A stretch of 64,000 bases of DNA from the NCBI RefSeq assembly GCF_009914755.1, contig NC_060931.1. One strand, given 5' to 3'. The position numbers and the translations under genes were made by a program. Below the pieces are notes generated by a model. It was not told the origin of the DNA. It was given only the letters and a program-made list of their open reading frames with translations, and searched no databases. Source of the stretch: the human T2T-CHM13v2.0 reference genome, Homo sapiens. Positions 1 to 17,761 of this stretch are shown here, piece by piece (the first letter of the stretch is position 1; every line of letters begins with the position of its first letter).

Positions 1-591
1 GTGCAGAGATATTGAAGTCTAGTGTAGTTCAATTTTTCTGTTCTTTTCTTTGTTTCACATGCATTTAATGTTGTGTCTAAGAAAGTAATGCCAAGATCAA
101 TGTCATGTTTTTTTCTTACATTCATTTCTAAGAGATTAACAGTGATTTTTTAGGTCTAAGCATTTTTTTTAAAAAAATATTTTTTGTATGTGGTTCGAGA
201 AAATGATCCAACTTAATTTATCAGTGTTATCCAATTTTCAACATTACTTTTCCAAGAGACGATCTTTTCTCTATTGTGTGCTCATGGCAACTTTGTGGAA
301 GATCATTTGATCATATATAGAAGGGTTCATTTCTGGGCTGTCTTGTTCTTTCATCTGTTTATCTATTTTTGTGTCAATACCACATTGTTTTTGTTACTGT
401 AGCTTTTATTATGTTTTGAAATCAGAAAGTATAATGCATCTTCTTTTTAATGGATGTTTTGCTATAGTTTTTAATCAAATTTAAAAATTTTAAACTATTT
501 CTGTAAAAAGATTGCGCTATTAGAATTTTGTTAGAGATTATGTTGAATTTGTTTACTGCTGTATGTTGTATTGACATCTTTGAAAAATTAA

Positions 592-964
<373 letters not shown>

Positions 965-1066
965 TTAGATTTTCCAGTTCTACTTTTGCTTTTAATTCCT
1001 AGGTTTATTCAGTTTTGGTCAGAAAACACACGGTGTATGATTTTGGTTTTAAATGCATTTGTTGCT

Positions 1067-1353
1067 GTTTTGAGATGGGATCTTACTATGTCACCCAGGC
1101 TGGAGTGCAGTGGCATACTTTTGGCTCACTGCAGCCTCAGCCTCCTGGGCTCAAGTGATCCTTCAACCTCAGCCTCCTGAGTAGCTGTGACTACAGACAT
1201 GCACTACCATGTTCAACTAATTTTTTGATTATTTGTAGGGACAAGACATCACTATGTTGCCCAGGCTGGTCTCAAACTTCTGGCTTCAATGATCCTCCCA
1301 CCTTGGTCCCCCAAAGTGTTGCGATTATAGGCATGAACCACTGCACCCAGCTG
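1067..1353 (-). mobile_element. Old (AluJ-like) element
   Basis: Antisense Alu with CTCCTGGGCTCAAGTGATCC J-type diagnostics. Confidence 0.85.
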
Positions 1354-1375
1354 GTATTCTTAAATTTAATGAGGC

Positions 1376-1675
<300 letters not shown>

Positions 1676-1789
1676 TTAATACGGCTTGGTATGATTTATA
1701 ACAGAATACACCAGATGCAGATAAGAATATTCTGTATTCTCTTGCTTTTGACTGGAAAGTTTGCACATAACTCTTAAGCCTAGTTGGTC

Positions 1790-2192
1790 TGTAATATGGT
1801 TTGGATGTCCATGTTCTCCAAACCTCATGCTGCAATATAATCCTCAGTGTTGGAGGTGGGACCTAGGGAAGTGTTTTGGTCATGGGGGCAAATTTTTCAT
1901 GAATGGCGTGACACCATCCTCTTGGTAATAAAAAAATTTACACTTAATTCACATGAGAGCTGGTTCATTGAAAGAACCTAGCTTCTTTACCCCACAATTC
2001 CTGTCCCTTACCATGTCACATGTCCAGTTACTCTTTGCCTTCCACCATGATTGTAAGCTTCCTGAGGCTCTCACCAGAAGCAGATGCTGACACACACTTC
2101 TTGTACAGTCTGCCAAACTGTGAGCAAATAAACCTTTTTTCTTTACAGATTATCTACTCGGGTATTCCTGTGTATGCAAAATAATTAATATA
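1790..2192. mobile_element. MaLR LTR (MST-like) solo LTR
   Basis: TGTAATATGGTTTGGATG start; TTCCACCATGATTGTAAGCTTCCTGAGG and AATAAACC motifs typical of MST/THE LTRs. Confidence 0.8.
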
Positions 2193-2586
2193 GTCTATAA
2201 TGTTGTCTAAGTTTTCTGTTTTCTCTTGATTTTTTATCTGAACTTTCTATTTATTATTGAAAATGGGGTCTTGATTTCTGCAATTATTATGTTGCTATGT
2301 ATTTCTTACTTGACTTTTGTCAATATTTGCTTTCTACATATTGGAGCCCTGATGTTGTACATGCACATACATAGACAAATATAATAGTTATAAATTCTTG
2401 ATAAATTTACCCATTTTAGTATTACATAATATCAGTTTTTGTCTCTTGCTAGTACTGGACTTAAAGCATATTATGTTTAATATAATTATGACTTCCTCAC
2501 GCAATTGTGGTTACTATTTGCATAGAATAAAGATATTTTCCATTCTGATACTTTCAGCCTATTTGACTCAACGCTTATGAGTCTCT

Positions 2587-5226
<2,640 letters not shown>

Positions 5227-7436
5227 ACCATGTAACATTTTTTTGTAGAAGTGTTCTAGTGGTAATAAACATCCTCACCTTTTATCTTGGAGAGTCTTTA
5301 TTTTTATCTTGTTTTTGAAGTCAATTGTGAATCAAGTATTATTAGTTAGATTTTTTTTATTACATCAAAATTTGGAAAGTTTTCAGACATTTTTGTCTTC
5401 AAGAAAGCTCTGGATTACTTTTTTTTCAATATTCTTCTAAGATTTCTTTCATGAATATATTGATGTACTTGATGGTGTCTAGTAAGTTTTACCTTTCATG
5501 TTTTAATTTTCTTCTGCAATTTTATAGCTGTGAGTTAGATATTTTAGGGTATGCCACCTCACACCAATCAGTTGTATTTTGATGTTTATATTGTGTATGA
5601 CAATATTTATCTCTGTACAATTTAAGACAGTGTGGAGCAAAGTCAAATATGAACCATATGTCTACTGCCGATATAATTCTCTGTTTGCCTCTATGAATAT
5701 TATCCTTGTGTTTTTTATAACTTATTTATTTGTGGTGTTGGTTTATTGTGAATGGTTGTTTAATCTTGTCTAGGTAAAAAGTCAAAAAAATTCTCCTAAT
5801 GTCAACATTTATTTGTGAACCTATATTATGTTTGTTTGAGAGAAAAAACTTTTGGATTTGAAGATAATTTAAAAACTATCATAATTCTGGTTTTTTTTTT
5901 TAGGTATTGTTTATTTTTACCTGTCAAAAACACATAAAAAATTTACAATCAAGTATTTTTAAATATTCAGTTTAGTCATCTTAATGTTATGCAACATATC
6001 CCTAGGATGTTTTTACCTTGCAAAGCTACATCTCACTACACATTAAACAACTACCATTTTTTTCCATTTCATGGCAGTTTTCAAACACTATTTTGTTTCC
6101 TGATTCTAAGAGTGTAACTGCTTTATATATCTTAATACAATCTTTTCCATGGCTGGCCCATTTCATTTTGCATGTTATGAAGATTTATGCTTATAGTTGT
6201 TACAATATTTCCTGCTTTTTGAAAAATGAGTGATATTTTAAATTATATTTACTGAATGATTTGTTGACCGAAATTTGCATTGCTTTTACCTATTGGCTTT
6301 CACTAACAATTCTGCAAAAATTATGAGTATAAAAATGACTCTTCATATGACTGTATATTTGAAAGTATATATATGTTGCATTCTATTTTATTAGTCTACT
6401 TTTTAACATTTGTACTCATACCAAATTGTTTTAATTCTGTAGCTTTGTAATATGTTTTGAAATCAGGAACTGTTCTGCCTCCGACATTGTTCCTTTTTTT
6501 TTTGAAGTTTGTTCAGTACTTTATTGTCTCTCGACATTTTATATACCTTTGGTGTTGCTGTTTCTATTTCTTCAAAAATGCAATGAGAAATTTGGAAAAC
6601 ATTGCATTAAATCTGTATATTACATTGAGCAGTATGGATATATTTACAACACTTATTATTTCAACCTTTGAACAGGAGTATGCTGAAGAGTGTGTTGTTT
6701 ACTATCTATATATTTGTGAATTTTTGGTGTTTTCTATTGTTGTATACTCTTACTCCATGTTTGTCATAGAAAGTGATCTATACAAATTCAGTTGTAAAAA
6801 ATTTGTTAAGACTTCTTTTTTGGCCTACCAAGTGTTCTATTGAGGAGAATGTTGTATGAGCTATTGAGGAGAGTGCGTATCATTAATGTTGTTAGGAGTA
6901 TTCTCTATACCTCTGTTAAATATAATTGTTTTATAGTGCCTTTAAGCCCTCTCTTTCCTTACTAATATTTTGTCTTATTTTTATTAGAGCAAGTATTAAA
7001 ATACTCTACTGTAATTATATTGCTCTCTATGTGTTTCCTCCATTCTTTCAATATGTACTTTACATATTTGGAAACTTAATGTGAGATACACAAACTCAAA
7101 CACACACACACCACACACACACATATGTAGAAATTTGTCATAGGTTCCCAGTGAATGAATCTATTATTTTGTAATTTTTAAAAATCTCTTTGGCGTTTTG
7201 ACTTTAAAGTATGTTTTATAAAATGACAGTCTTTAACTTAAGATGCAGCTTGTGTAACATTATTTTGACCTCTTCTGCCCTTGTCTTGTTAATATTCGCA
7301 TGGAATGTCTACTTCCATCTTGCCGTTTTTATTCTTTTGTTATCATGACACTGCAACTGACTTGTAAAAAGTCAAGTTGGATCTTGGTTTTTAAATGTTT
7401 TATATGAATTTATTGATGGAAAGTATGTCTATTGAG

Positions 7437-7728
7437 GCCAGGCATGGTAGCTCACACATGTAATCCCCACACTTTGGTGGTGGGTGGATCACCTGAGGTC
7501 AGAAGTTTGAGACCAGCCTGGCCAATATGGTGAAAACCCATCTCTACTAAAAATACAAAAAGTAGCTGGCATAGTGGTGGGTACCTGTAATCCCAGCTAC
7601 TCGGGAGGCTAAAACAAGAGAATTGCTTGAACCAGGAGGTTGAGGTTACAGTGGGTTGAAATCGTGCCATTGCACTCTAGCCTGGGTGACAAAAGTAAAA
7701 CTCCATCTCAAAAAAAAAAAAAAAAAAA
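7437..7728 (+). mobile_element. AluS element
   Basis: GGCCAGGCATGG...CTCCATCTC followed by a long A tail. Confidence 0.95.
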
Positions 7729-8169
7729 GCATATCTGTTGATCCAAAAGTTAATTTTATATATATTTAAGTAATTTTCTGAGAAAGACTTACTAATGTTA
7801 TTTCATTGTTTATTACATCTTTCTCATTTTCTTTTTTCTGTCTTCCTTTGTGTCTTTTTTATTTTTTTTACCGATATGCTTTCATTTCTGTCTTATTTTC
7901 TTTTGTGTATCTATACAGGTATTTTTCTTCTTGTACCTTGGAGATTACATAAAACTTCTAAAAGATACAACAATATATTTTAACCTGGTAAAAAATAAAC
8001 TTCAGTTGCATTCAACAATTCTTTCTCATTACATTTGTTCTCAATTTTGTTGGTGATGTTGCTAATTGTATTTTTCTATGTGGTATGTTAGCAGATGTTT
8101 ATAAAAATTTTTATGCTTTTATCTTTCACATTTTAGAGAATAATTAGAAATGTTTTCTGCACTATTATG

Positions 8170-8285
8170 ATAATGCTAAGGAATTCCATTTTTGTGTATG
8201 TGCATGTCTTCCCTAGAAAGTTATGTTATAATGGTAAGGAATTCCATTTTGTGTATATGCATGTCTTTCCCAGAAATTTATGTAT
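8170..8285. repeat. Imperfect ~58-bp tandem duplication
   Basis: TAAGGAATTCCATTTT(T)GTGTAT.TGCATGTCTT.CC.AGAAA.TTATGT occurs twice head-to-tail. Confidence 0.8.
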
Positions 8286-9792
8286 TTTCATATGATTATG
8301 TGTTGCTTTCTTGCATTGTGTCATTTTTAGTGGAAGAAACTCCTTTCAGCATCTTTGATATGTAGCACAAATGGCAGTGCCAATATACTTTTTCAGGATT
8401 TGGTTATTTTGGAAGGTCTTTTTATTTGGCAGGACAGTTTTGCTGCTGGTATTATTCTCACTTGACAGCTGTTTTCTTCAGGACTTTGATTATGTCACAC
8501 AGTTTTCTTCTGGCCTGCAAAACTTTCATGAAAAATTAACTGGTTATCTCATAAGATTATGCTTATAAATGACACATTATTTTCATCTTGCAGCTCCCAA
8601 GATTCTCTTGTCTGTGACTTTTTAAATTGTGCTTATATATGTGCTTGTTATATAAATATCTTTGTGTGTATTCTAGTTTGTTGAGCCTTTTCATTTTTAC
8701 ATCATTTTATCTTACAGTATTTCAGTTATTTTTTGTATTTTTTCCCTCCACAATTTGTTTTTTAATATCTTTCATTGTTTTTGTTGTTATTCCCATTTTT
8801 CTGATTTTTAATAGTTGTCTGTGTTCCTGTTACACTAGTGGAGTATTATTCAATTTATTTTAAATTTTTAAAATATATTTGTGCATCTTTTTTTGTTTTG
8901 TTTTGTTTTTGTTTTTGAGGCAGAATCTTGCTCTGCATTGGCCAGGCTGGTCTTGAACTCCTGACATCAGGTCATCTCCCCACCTCATCCTCCCAAAGTG
9001 CTGGAATTACAGACATGAGCCACCATGCCCAGCCTGTATCTTCATTTTTTAATGCTTGCTTTCTGAAAATTTTATAATAATTGATAGGGCTATGTTGCCC
9101 TAATATTTTGTATACATTGTAATCTTCAATTGAAATTTGAACATTAAAAAAAGCTACCTGTCAGTGTTTATAATGCAACTTTGTCCTGGCAAAGTCTGAG
9201 ACCATTTGTCTGGCTAAAGATTCTGAGAGTCTTTCAGACATGTTCTTAGGATGTGTCATGTCTGAAATTTTTTAGGGTTTTTTTAGTTCATTCTTGTTTC
9301 TTCTTAATAGTCAGTAGTCACTTGCTACAACTGTTCCCTGTCTCTTTGCAGCTGTAGCATTTACCTATGATCTCAGTGGACTCAACATTTTGTCATTCCA
9401 AAGTATCCTGCCATTTGTTTCAGCACTTTATGTCATGGGAAACAGAAACCAGTGTCTGCAAAAGCACCTAGAAGCCAGAAATAAAGATGTATGTGTTATT
9501 ATTTCTCTTGCCTTTTGAAAAAGAAACCAAGAGTTGGCAGTTTACTTCTAGAGGCACTATGTTATATCGGGGAACAGAAAGAGCTGTGTTGGGTAAATGT
9601 AACAGACTTTTCTCTCTCTTCTGTGTGGCTCTTTGCATTGTGCAAACCTGGGGCATTGCACACACTTAACTCATTTATTCTCCACAGATATGTTTTGGTA
9701 TGTTTTTGTTACATTTATATGTCTATAAAGGAATTAGAACCTGTGGTATTTTGCTATGCCATCTTGCTTATGTAGTTTGTATGATTTTATAG

Positions 9793-11990
<2,198 letters not shown>

Positions 11991-12109
11991 AAAGAATGTA
12001 GAAAAGCCATTAATATGTGCTTACATCTTATTCAACATTAGAGAGTTAGTACTTAATAAAAGCATTATAAATGCAATTACTGTCAAAACTCAGTATAAGG
12101 TTTTGTTTT

Positions 12110-12438
<329 letters not shown>

Positions 12439-13289
12439 AATATAAGCCTTTAAAGTAAAAAAAGAGTTTTTATTTTGAAGACAAACATTAGAAACATAAA
12501 GAGGGTTGTAGTGCCTGCCTTACTTGTATCACAGATCTTATTGTACACATTTTGTATCCGAAGCAGTTGCTCCAAACTTCGTTCAACATCAGGGAATTTA
12601 TATCGGAGAAAAACTACAAATGTAATACATTTCAAAAATTTTTCAAAAACTACATCTTAGAAAACACCAGGGGATGCATACTAAACTATATTTTTCCACA
12701 TGCAGTAAATATAAAAAAAATCAAAAATAAGGCTACGTAAGTATCAGAGAATTCACAGTAAAAATATCTAAGGCACTGACACTTCAAACATTGCACTAAG
12801 TAAATGTGCTGAGTATATAAAATAACCCAAAACTAAAGTGGGTAGATAAATTATTTGTACATAACTTTAAAAGAAGTAGAAATATTTTTGCAGAGTTACA
12901 ATTACATTCAAAGTATACTTTTTTCCTTGAAAAAAATTGCAGAATTTATGAAAAGTGAATAATGTAATTCAACTCAAATTACTTCATGCTCTTCATTCCT
13001 ATTGCATTCACTAGTGAAAGCATGTGATCAATTGTTGCTGCATCAAAGGTATGAGAGATTCTTTTTTGTTATGTCAATATTGTTTTTGAATTTTTCTATG
13101 GAAGAGTAAAGACATTACAATGTAGGATGCATGACAAAAGTCTAAGTGGAGAGGCTCTTTGTGTTTAATTTATAATATTGAGTGATGTATGAGGTAAGTG
13201 TTCAGAGTAGTATTCTGCGTTATACTCCAAACAAAATAATTTTAGTTAAAATTAATTAGTATATAATTTTACTAATTGTACTTTTATGT

Positions 13290-13295
13290 AATAAA
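13290..13295 (+). terminator. Probable ZNF138 polyadenylation signal AATAAA with upstream TGTA/U-rich elements
   Basis: TTGTACTTTTATGTAATAAAATGCAG; AT-rich 3' UTR context. Confidence 0.6.
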
Positions 13296-13308
13296 ATGCA
13301 GTACAGTT

Positions 13309-13651
13309 TGAAAGGCAATGGAAGGGTACCGTGGATCAATAAGGCCAAGAGGCGAGACAAAGAGGGCAAAAATCTTTATTGAGCTCTCGGGCGAGGTTCA
13401 CTGGTCCGCAGGGGGAGGGCCAGGGAAGTCGCACTGTGCCAAAGGTGCAGCGCGCTTTTATGGATGCTGGGTGAGGAGTGGGCAGGGTAGGGGCGGGGTC
13501 GGTTGAGTTTCACGCTTCTGAGTGTGACACGCCCTAGTGGGCATGCGCGTTAGTCAGGGTGACGGGAACAGGAAAGGTGAACCCGGAAATGCTGAGTCGG
13601 GGTATCTGAGGTGGCGATCGCCGTCTTGGAGTCTTCACCGGAGTCCAATCA
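13309..13651 (-). repeat. 3' LTR
   Basis: Direct repeat of 18227-18572; minus-strand AATAAA at 13375-13380, CATAAAA TATA-like box, GC boxes. Confidence 0.95.
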
Positions 13652-13711
13652 GTCCAACCTATTTTTGGTTATAGAAAAGGGGCGACGAAATCATCTGGCT
13701 ACTTCCTGCTG

Positions 13712-15536
13712 TTAAGGGGTGTCACTGGGGAGAGGGCCTAAATCAGAGGTTGGCAGTTGGACGTAGGGGTGAAGTAACATCTGGTTGAAAGTGACCCTGG
13801 TGATTTCTTGTATCCGCTGGCGGAGAAACTGTACTAGGATTGGGGCAAAACACATTATTATACAGAGAATTATAATTGGGATAAGGAAAGGGAGCATCTG
13901 TTGAACCACAGGTGAAAACCACCAAGAAGGACCAGGGTGGAGAGGGTCCTAGGAATGTTTTAACTCCTCTTGGATCTTTTTTTTTTAAAGTTTGTAAATT
14001 GGTCTCAACTACCCCTGACACGTTGAGATAATAGCAGCATTCTTCCTGTAAGAATAAACATGTCCCTCCTTTTTCTGCTGTAAGCAAGTCTAAGGCCCGC
14101 CTGTTTTGTGCTGCGACCTGTGCTACCGAAGTGATCTGTCGCTGTAGGGAGGCCAGGGACTCGGCCGATGCCTCAATGGCCAACTGCAGGCGAGTAGACA
14201 GATCTTGAGATGTTTGGATTGAGTGGGTGAGGGCTCCTTTTCCTAGCCCTGATGCCACTAAGGAGGAGGCTAAGGAGATGCCTAGTACTAAGGGTAGGAA
14301 AATAGCCCGTTTGCTTTTATTTTGCAGCCTTGGCTCGGTCCAGGCTAGCAGATGGCTAAGTTCGTCCTGACTATGTAGGGTCAGGCTAGGGATGAGAGAG
14401 ACGAGTAAGCACAAGGTGTGATTACCAGTTGAGTTAAGAACTTTAGTTAGTGTGGAGTTACACCAGAAGTAGCCTCCGGGTGGTGCCAGGGCGCTGGTAA
14501 GCATCCTGGTCTGGTTACACCAAGAGGCATTTGGGGTAGAGTAACAGAACGGGAACTTGTGTCTTGTAGGGTCTGAGAATAGTGGGACCTGTCCTTTTGG
14601 GACCGGTGGTATAGGGGTGGATGAATTTCTTGTATAATTAAAGGGGGTAGGGAGAGGAACTGCTACTAAGGGAGGTCTTCCGAGGGCTGCACAGAGGAAG
14701 CAGTGGGAGAGGTTTTGTACCCCTGTGGATTGGAGCAATTGTGCACCTTCTGAAATTAAAAACCACGAGAAGGGGGAGGACTTGGCCTGGTCAGCTGCCG
14801 GTTGAAGCTGGCTGGCAAGCTCTTTCTCGGCTGACTGGATTGAGGAGGCTAAGTCGGATAACCCTGTGACAGTGGTTTTAAGGGTCCTGGCAATGCGGAT
14901 CTTAGCTACTGGATACATAAAAGTTCTGTGCTCATATAGTCCTCCATCTACACCAGAGGCCCAGCGGGGGTCCTAAGGGTCAGAGATTTGGAGGTTAAAT
15001 CTGTTAAAGCCGTCCCATCCTCCAGTGGAGGTATTGACATAGAACATTGGGTCAGATCCTTTTTCAGTACGAATTAATGCCTCATGGATATTGCACCAGT
15101 GCCACGGACAGCCTACATTTTCTTTGACCCAGCTGGTATTGCATTTGGAGTTACTTTGATCATACAGGAAGCAAAGTGCAGGGTTTTTTCTAGCCGGGCC
15201 TAGGGAAGAGAATTTTAGACCTAGGAAAGCTATGGGTGCCTGGCACCCTGCTGGCGGGCATGCTGCCGTGGCTAGTAGTCTACAGGAGACTGCCTGTGTG
15301 GAACTCCAATTCTCAGTGAGGGGAAAAAACCCAGTGAGAGGGAGTCTGAGAGGGGGCTTGTCAAAGCGAACTTCATGTTGGTGAAAGTTCTGGAGGGAGC
15401 CTTGCCACACCAGTTCGTCTATATAGGACAACAGATTTTCAGGCCAGCGAAAGGTGTTAGCAAAAGTAGGGAATGACCAGCTTTCCTCGAGAAGAACCTG
15501 AATAAATTGTTGGAGCCTGTCACATGGAGAATTCAT
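13712..15536 (-). pseudogene. Disrupted env (SU with CFLC, KSKR cleavage site, fusion peptide, ISD AQNRRALDLLTAEKGG, CX6CC, shifted TM anchor)
   Basis: ORFs 14973-15536 and 13743-14918 share a frame and are separated by one TAG; A10 run at 13977-13986 shifts the membrane anchor into ORF 13712-13909. Confidence 0.92.
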
Positions 15537-15599
15537 GCGGTATTTGATTTAAAGAGTTTCAGTTTGGTTGGGGGGAGGGAAGTGACAGTCCAAGTGGCC

Positions 15600-16290
15600 T
15601 GATGTTGTGTAGGTGCCCTCTTAAGATGGGAAATATGGTACCAGGAGGGAAGGCCTGTAAGTTTAGCTGCCGTCGGTATTGTAAGAATTACCATGTAGGG
15701 GCCTTTCCACGGGGGGAGAGACCTCTTGCCTGGAGGTCTTTTACTAGTACCTGATCTTCTGGGGTTATTATGGCTGGACTGTCTGGGCTGAGCGGTCCGG
15801 GCTTTGGAAGGCTGCAGTTGGCATGTTCTCTTAGCAGCTCCCTTAACAGGGTGAGGTAGGGCAGGTACGTGCCAAGAGGTGGGGTATTCACAGGGAGCTC
15901 TTGAAAGAGGAAGGGGCGCCTGTATAGGAGTTCAAAGGGGCTAAGGCCTGTGGGGCTTTGGGGTGCTGCCCAGAGCCACGCGAGGGCAAAGGGAAGTAAG
16001 GTTACCCACGATTGGCGCGTCTTGAGAGCCAATTTGATTAGGTGTTGTTTGACAAGGCTGTTGGCGCGTTCCACTTTTCCAGAAGACTGCGGATGGTATG
16101 GAGTGTGTAACTTCCAGTTAACGTCAAGTGTGGTTGTCACCTGTTTGACTATTTTGGAGATAAAAGCAGGCCAAATCTTGGGATTATCTGTTCGATGAGG
16201 GTTGAAGCTACTACCTCTGCTGTTTTATGAGTGGTAGGGCAGGCTTTAACCTAACCTGAGAAAGTGTTTACTAAAGTAAGAAGATAAGTT
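15600..16290 (-). pseudogene. Integrase remnant
   Basis: YLLTLVNTFSG*VKA..IIPRFG, WKLHTPYHPQSSGKVERAN, GLSPFELLY. Confidence 0.9.
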
Positions 16291-16329
16291 GATGTATTTG
16301 CTTTAGTAAGGAATAAAGGGAAGGATGGT

Positions 16330-16570
16330 AGATTATGGGTTCAAGAAAGTTATATAGTGGTCTAGGTGGAAGGGCAGTGAAGGTGTCTGGCGGTAGGTGG
16401 AGGGAATGCCATCAGTCCTTATAACAGAGATTGAGGAGGGGCGGCTGGGTCTGCTAAAAGATGGCAAAACAGAGTAGGTAGCCCTTGTGTCTAGTAAAAA
16501 GGAAATGGACTTACCCGCTACCTGAAGCATTACCCTGGGCTCGGCAAGGGTGAGAGGGGTTCCCGAGTCT
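16330..16570 (-). pseudogene. Protease remnant, catalytic DTG changed to DTR
   Basis: EPRVMLQVAGKSISFLLDTRATYSVL just after the gag TGA (16578-16580). Confidence 0.88.
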
Positions 16571-16577
16571 GGCCTCT

Positions 16578-17761
16578 TCAGTCGTCATCCAGTTGGAGGA
16601 GCTGGAGGGCACCTTCGCCATCCGGGGAGGGGTCGCCATGTGGAGACACAGCGGCCGCTCCGAGGCCGGGGCAGTCTGACTTCCAGTGCCCCATTTGTTG
16701 GCAGTTAGGGCACGGGCGTGTTGGCGGCTTGGGGTTTGGGCACTGTTTTGCCCAATGACCTGGATTGCCACACTTGAAACAGTTGCAAGGCGGGCAGGAC
16801 GGTTGCTGTTGGCTAGGGCACCGGCTGGCCCAGTGTCCTGAGTTGCCGCACTTGAAGCAGGTGCCAGACGGGGCCTGGGAGATCGTACCTCTACCTCTCC
16901 TGCTGGGGCTCTTAGGGAATGCCTGTTGCAGGGCAGCTGCCAGGGCTTGGGTTTGGAGCTGAACTTTTTGTTTCAGTCTTGCCTGTCGTTGTACCTCAGC
17001 CGCCTCCTCTCGGGAATTAAAAACTTTGAACGCCAGCTTTACTAAGTCCTGGATAGGGGTTTGGGGGCCCTCCGCTGCCTCATCCAGGATTAGCGGATAT
17101 CACTGCCCGCAGCGAATGTGTTAGGAGTTGTAGATGTAGTGGACTGGTATGGCACTACAGGGAGGTGGAAATAAGAATGGGGGTAAGACGGAAGCCAAGG
17201 AGTTAGGTGGGCAGGGTTAAAAGAACAAATGGGAACTAACAGGAATTAAAATGGCGGCCAAATGGCGGCAGAAGAACTAAAATGGTGGCAGAGAAAAAAG
17301 GAAGTAAGATGGCGGTGAGGAAGCAGGTAGTAAGATGGCAGTGGTGCAGAAGGAGATGGCGGCGGAGAGACTAAGATGGGGGCCGCGGACAAGATTAATG
17401 GCAAGAGAGGCTGGTCAGACTTCAAGGGGAAGGCTAGCCAGAGGGACTTGCGCCAGCGAAAACACTTGGCGGCAGCGGTCTGACAAGAGCGGAGGTCCCA
17501 GAACCTTTGAACAAATTTGATTTTTGACTATTTGCCTCGCCTCTGACAAAAATTGGTAAGGTCGTTTAGGATATTGAAGTTGAGTGTGCCTTCGGGGGGC
17601 CAGCGAGATTGGTTGTCTAAGGTATATTGCGGCCAGGCAACTGTGCAGAAGAAAATTAGTCGCTTTCGTTTTAAATCTTGGTCGAGTTGTAAAGTTGGGA
17701 GGTTGCGCAGGAGGCACCCTAAGGGGGTGTTTTGCGTGATTTTGGACTGGGTGGACCCCAT
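16578..17761 (-). pseudogene. gag remnant: MA (myristoylation MGSTQSK), Pro-rich region, CA C-terminus, NC
   Basis: ATG 17761; TPLGCLL..FFCTVAWPQY..WPPEGT MA motifs; stop 17528; GPQTPIQDLVKLAFKVFNSRE; CCHC knuckles 16671-16859; most of CA absent. Confidence 0.9.
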
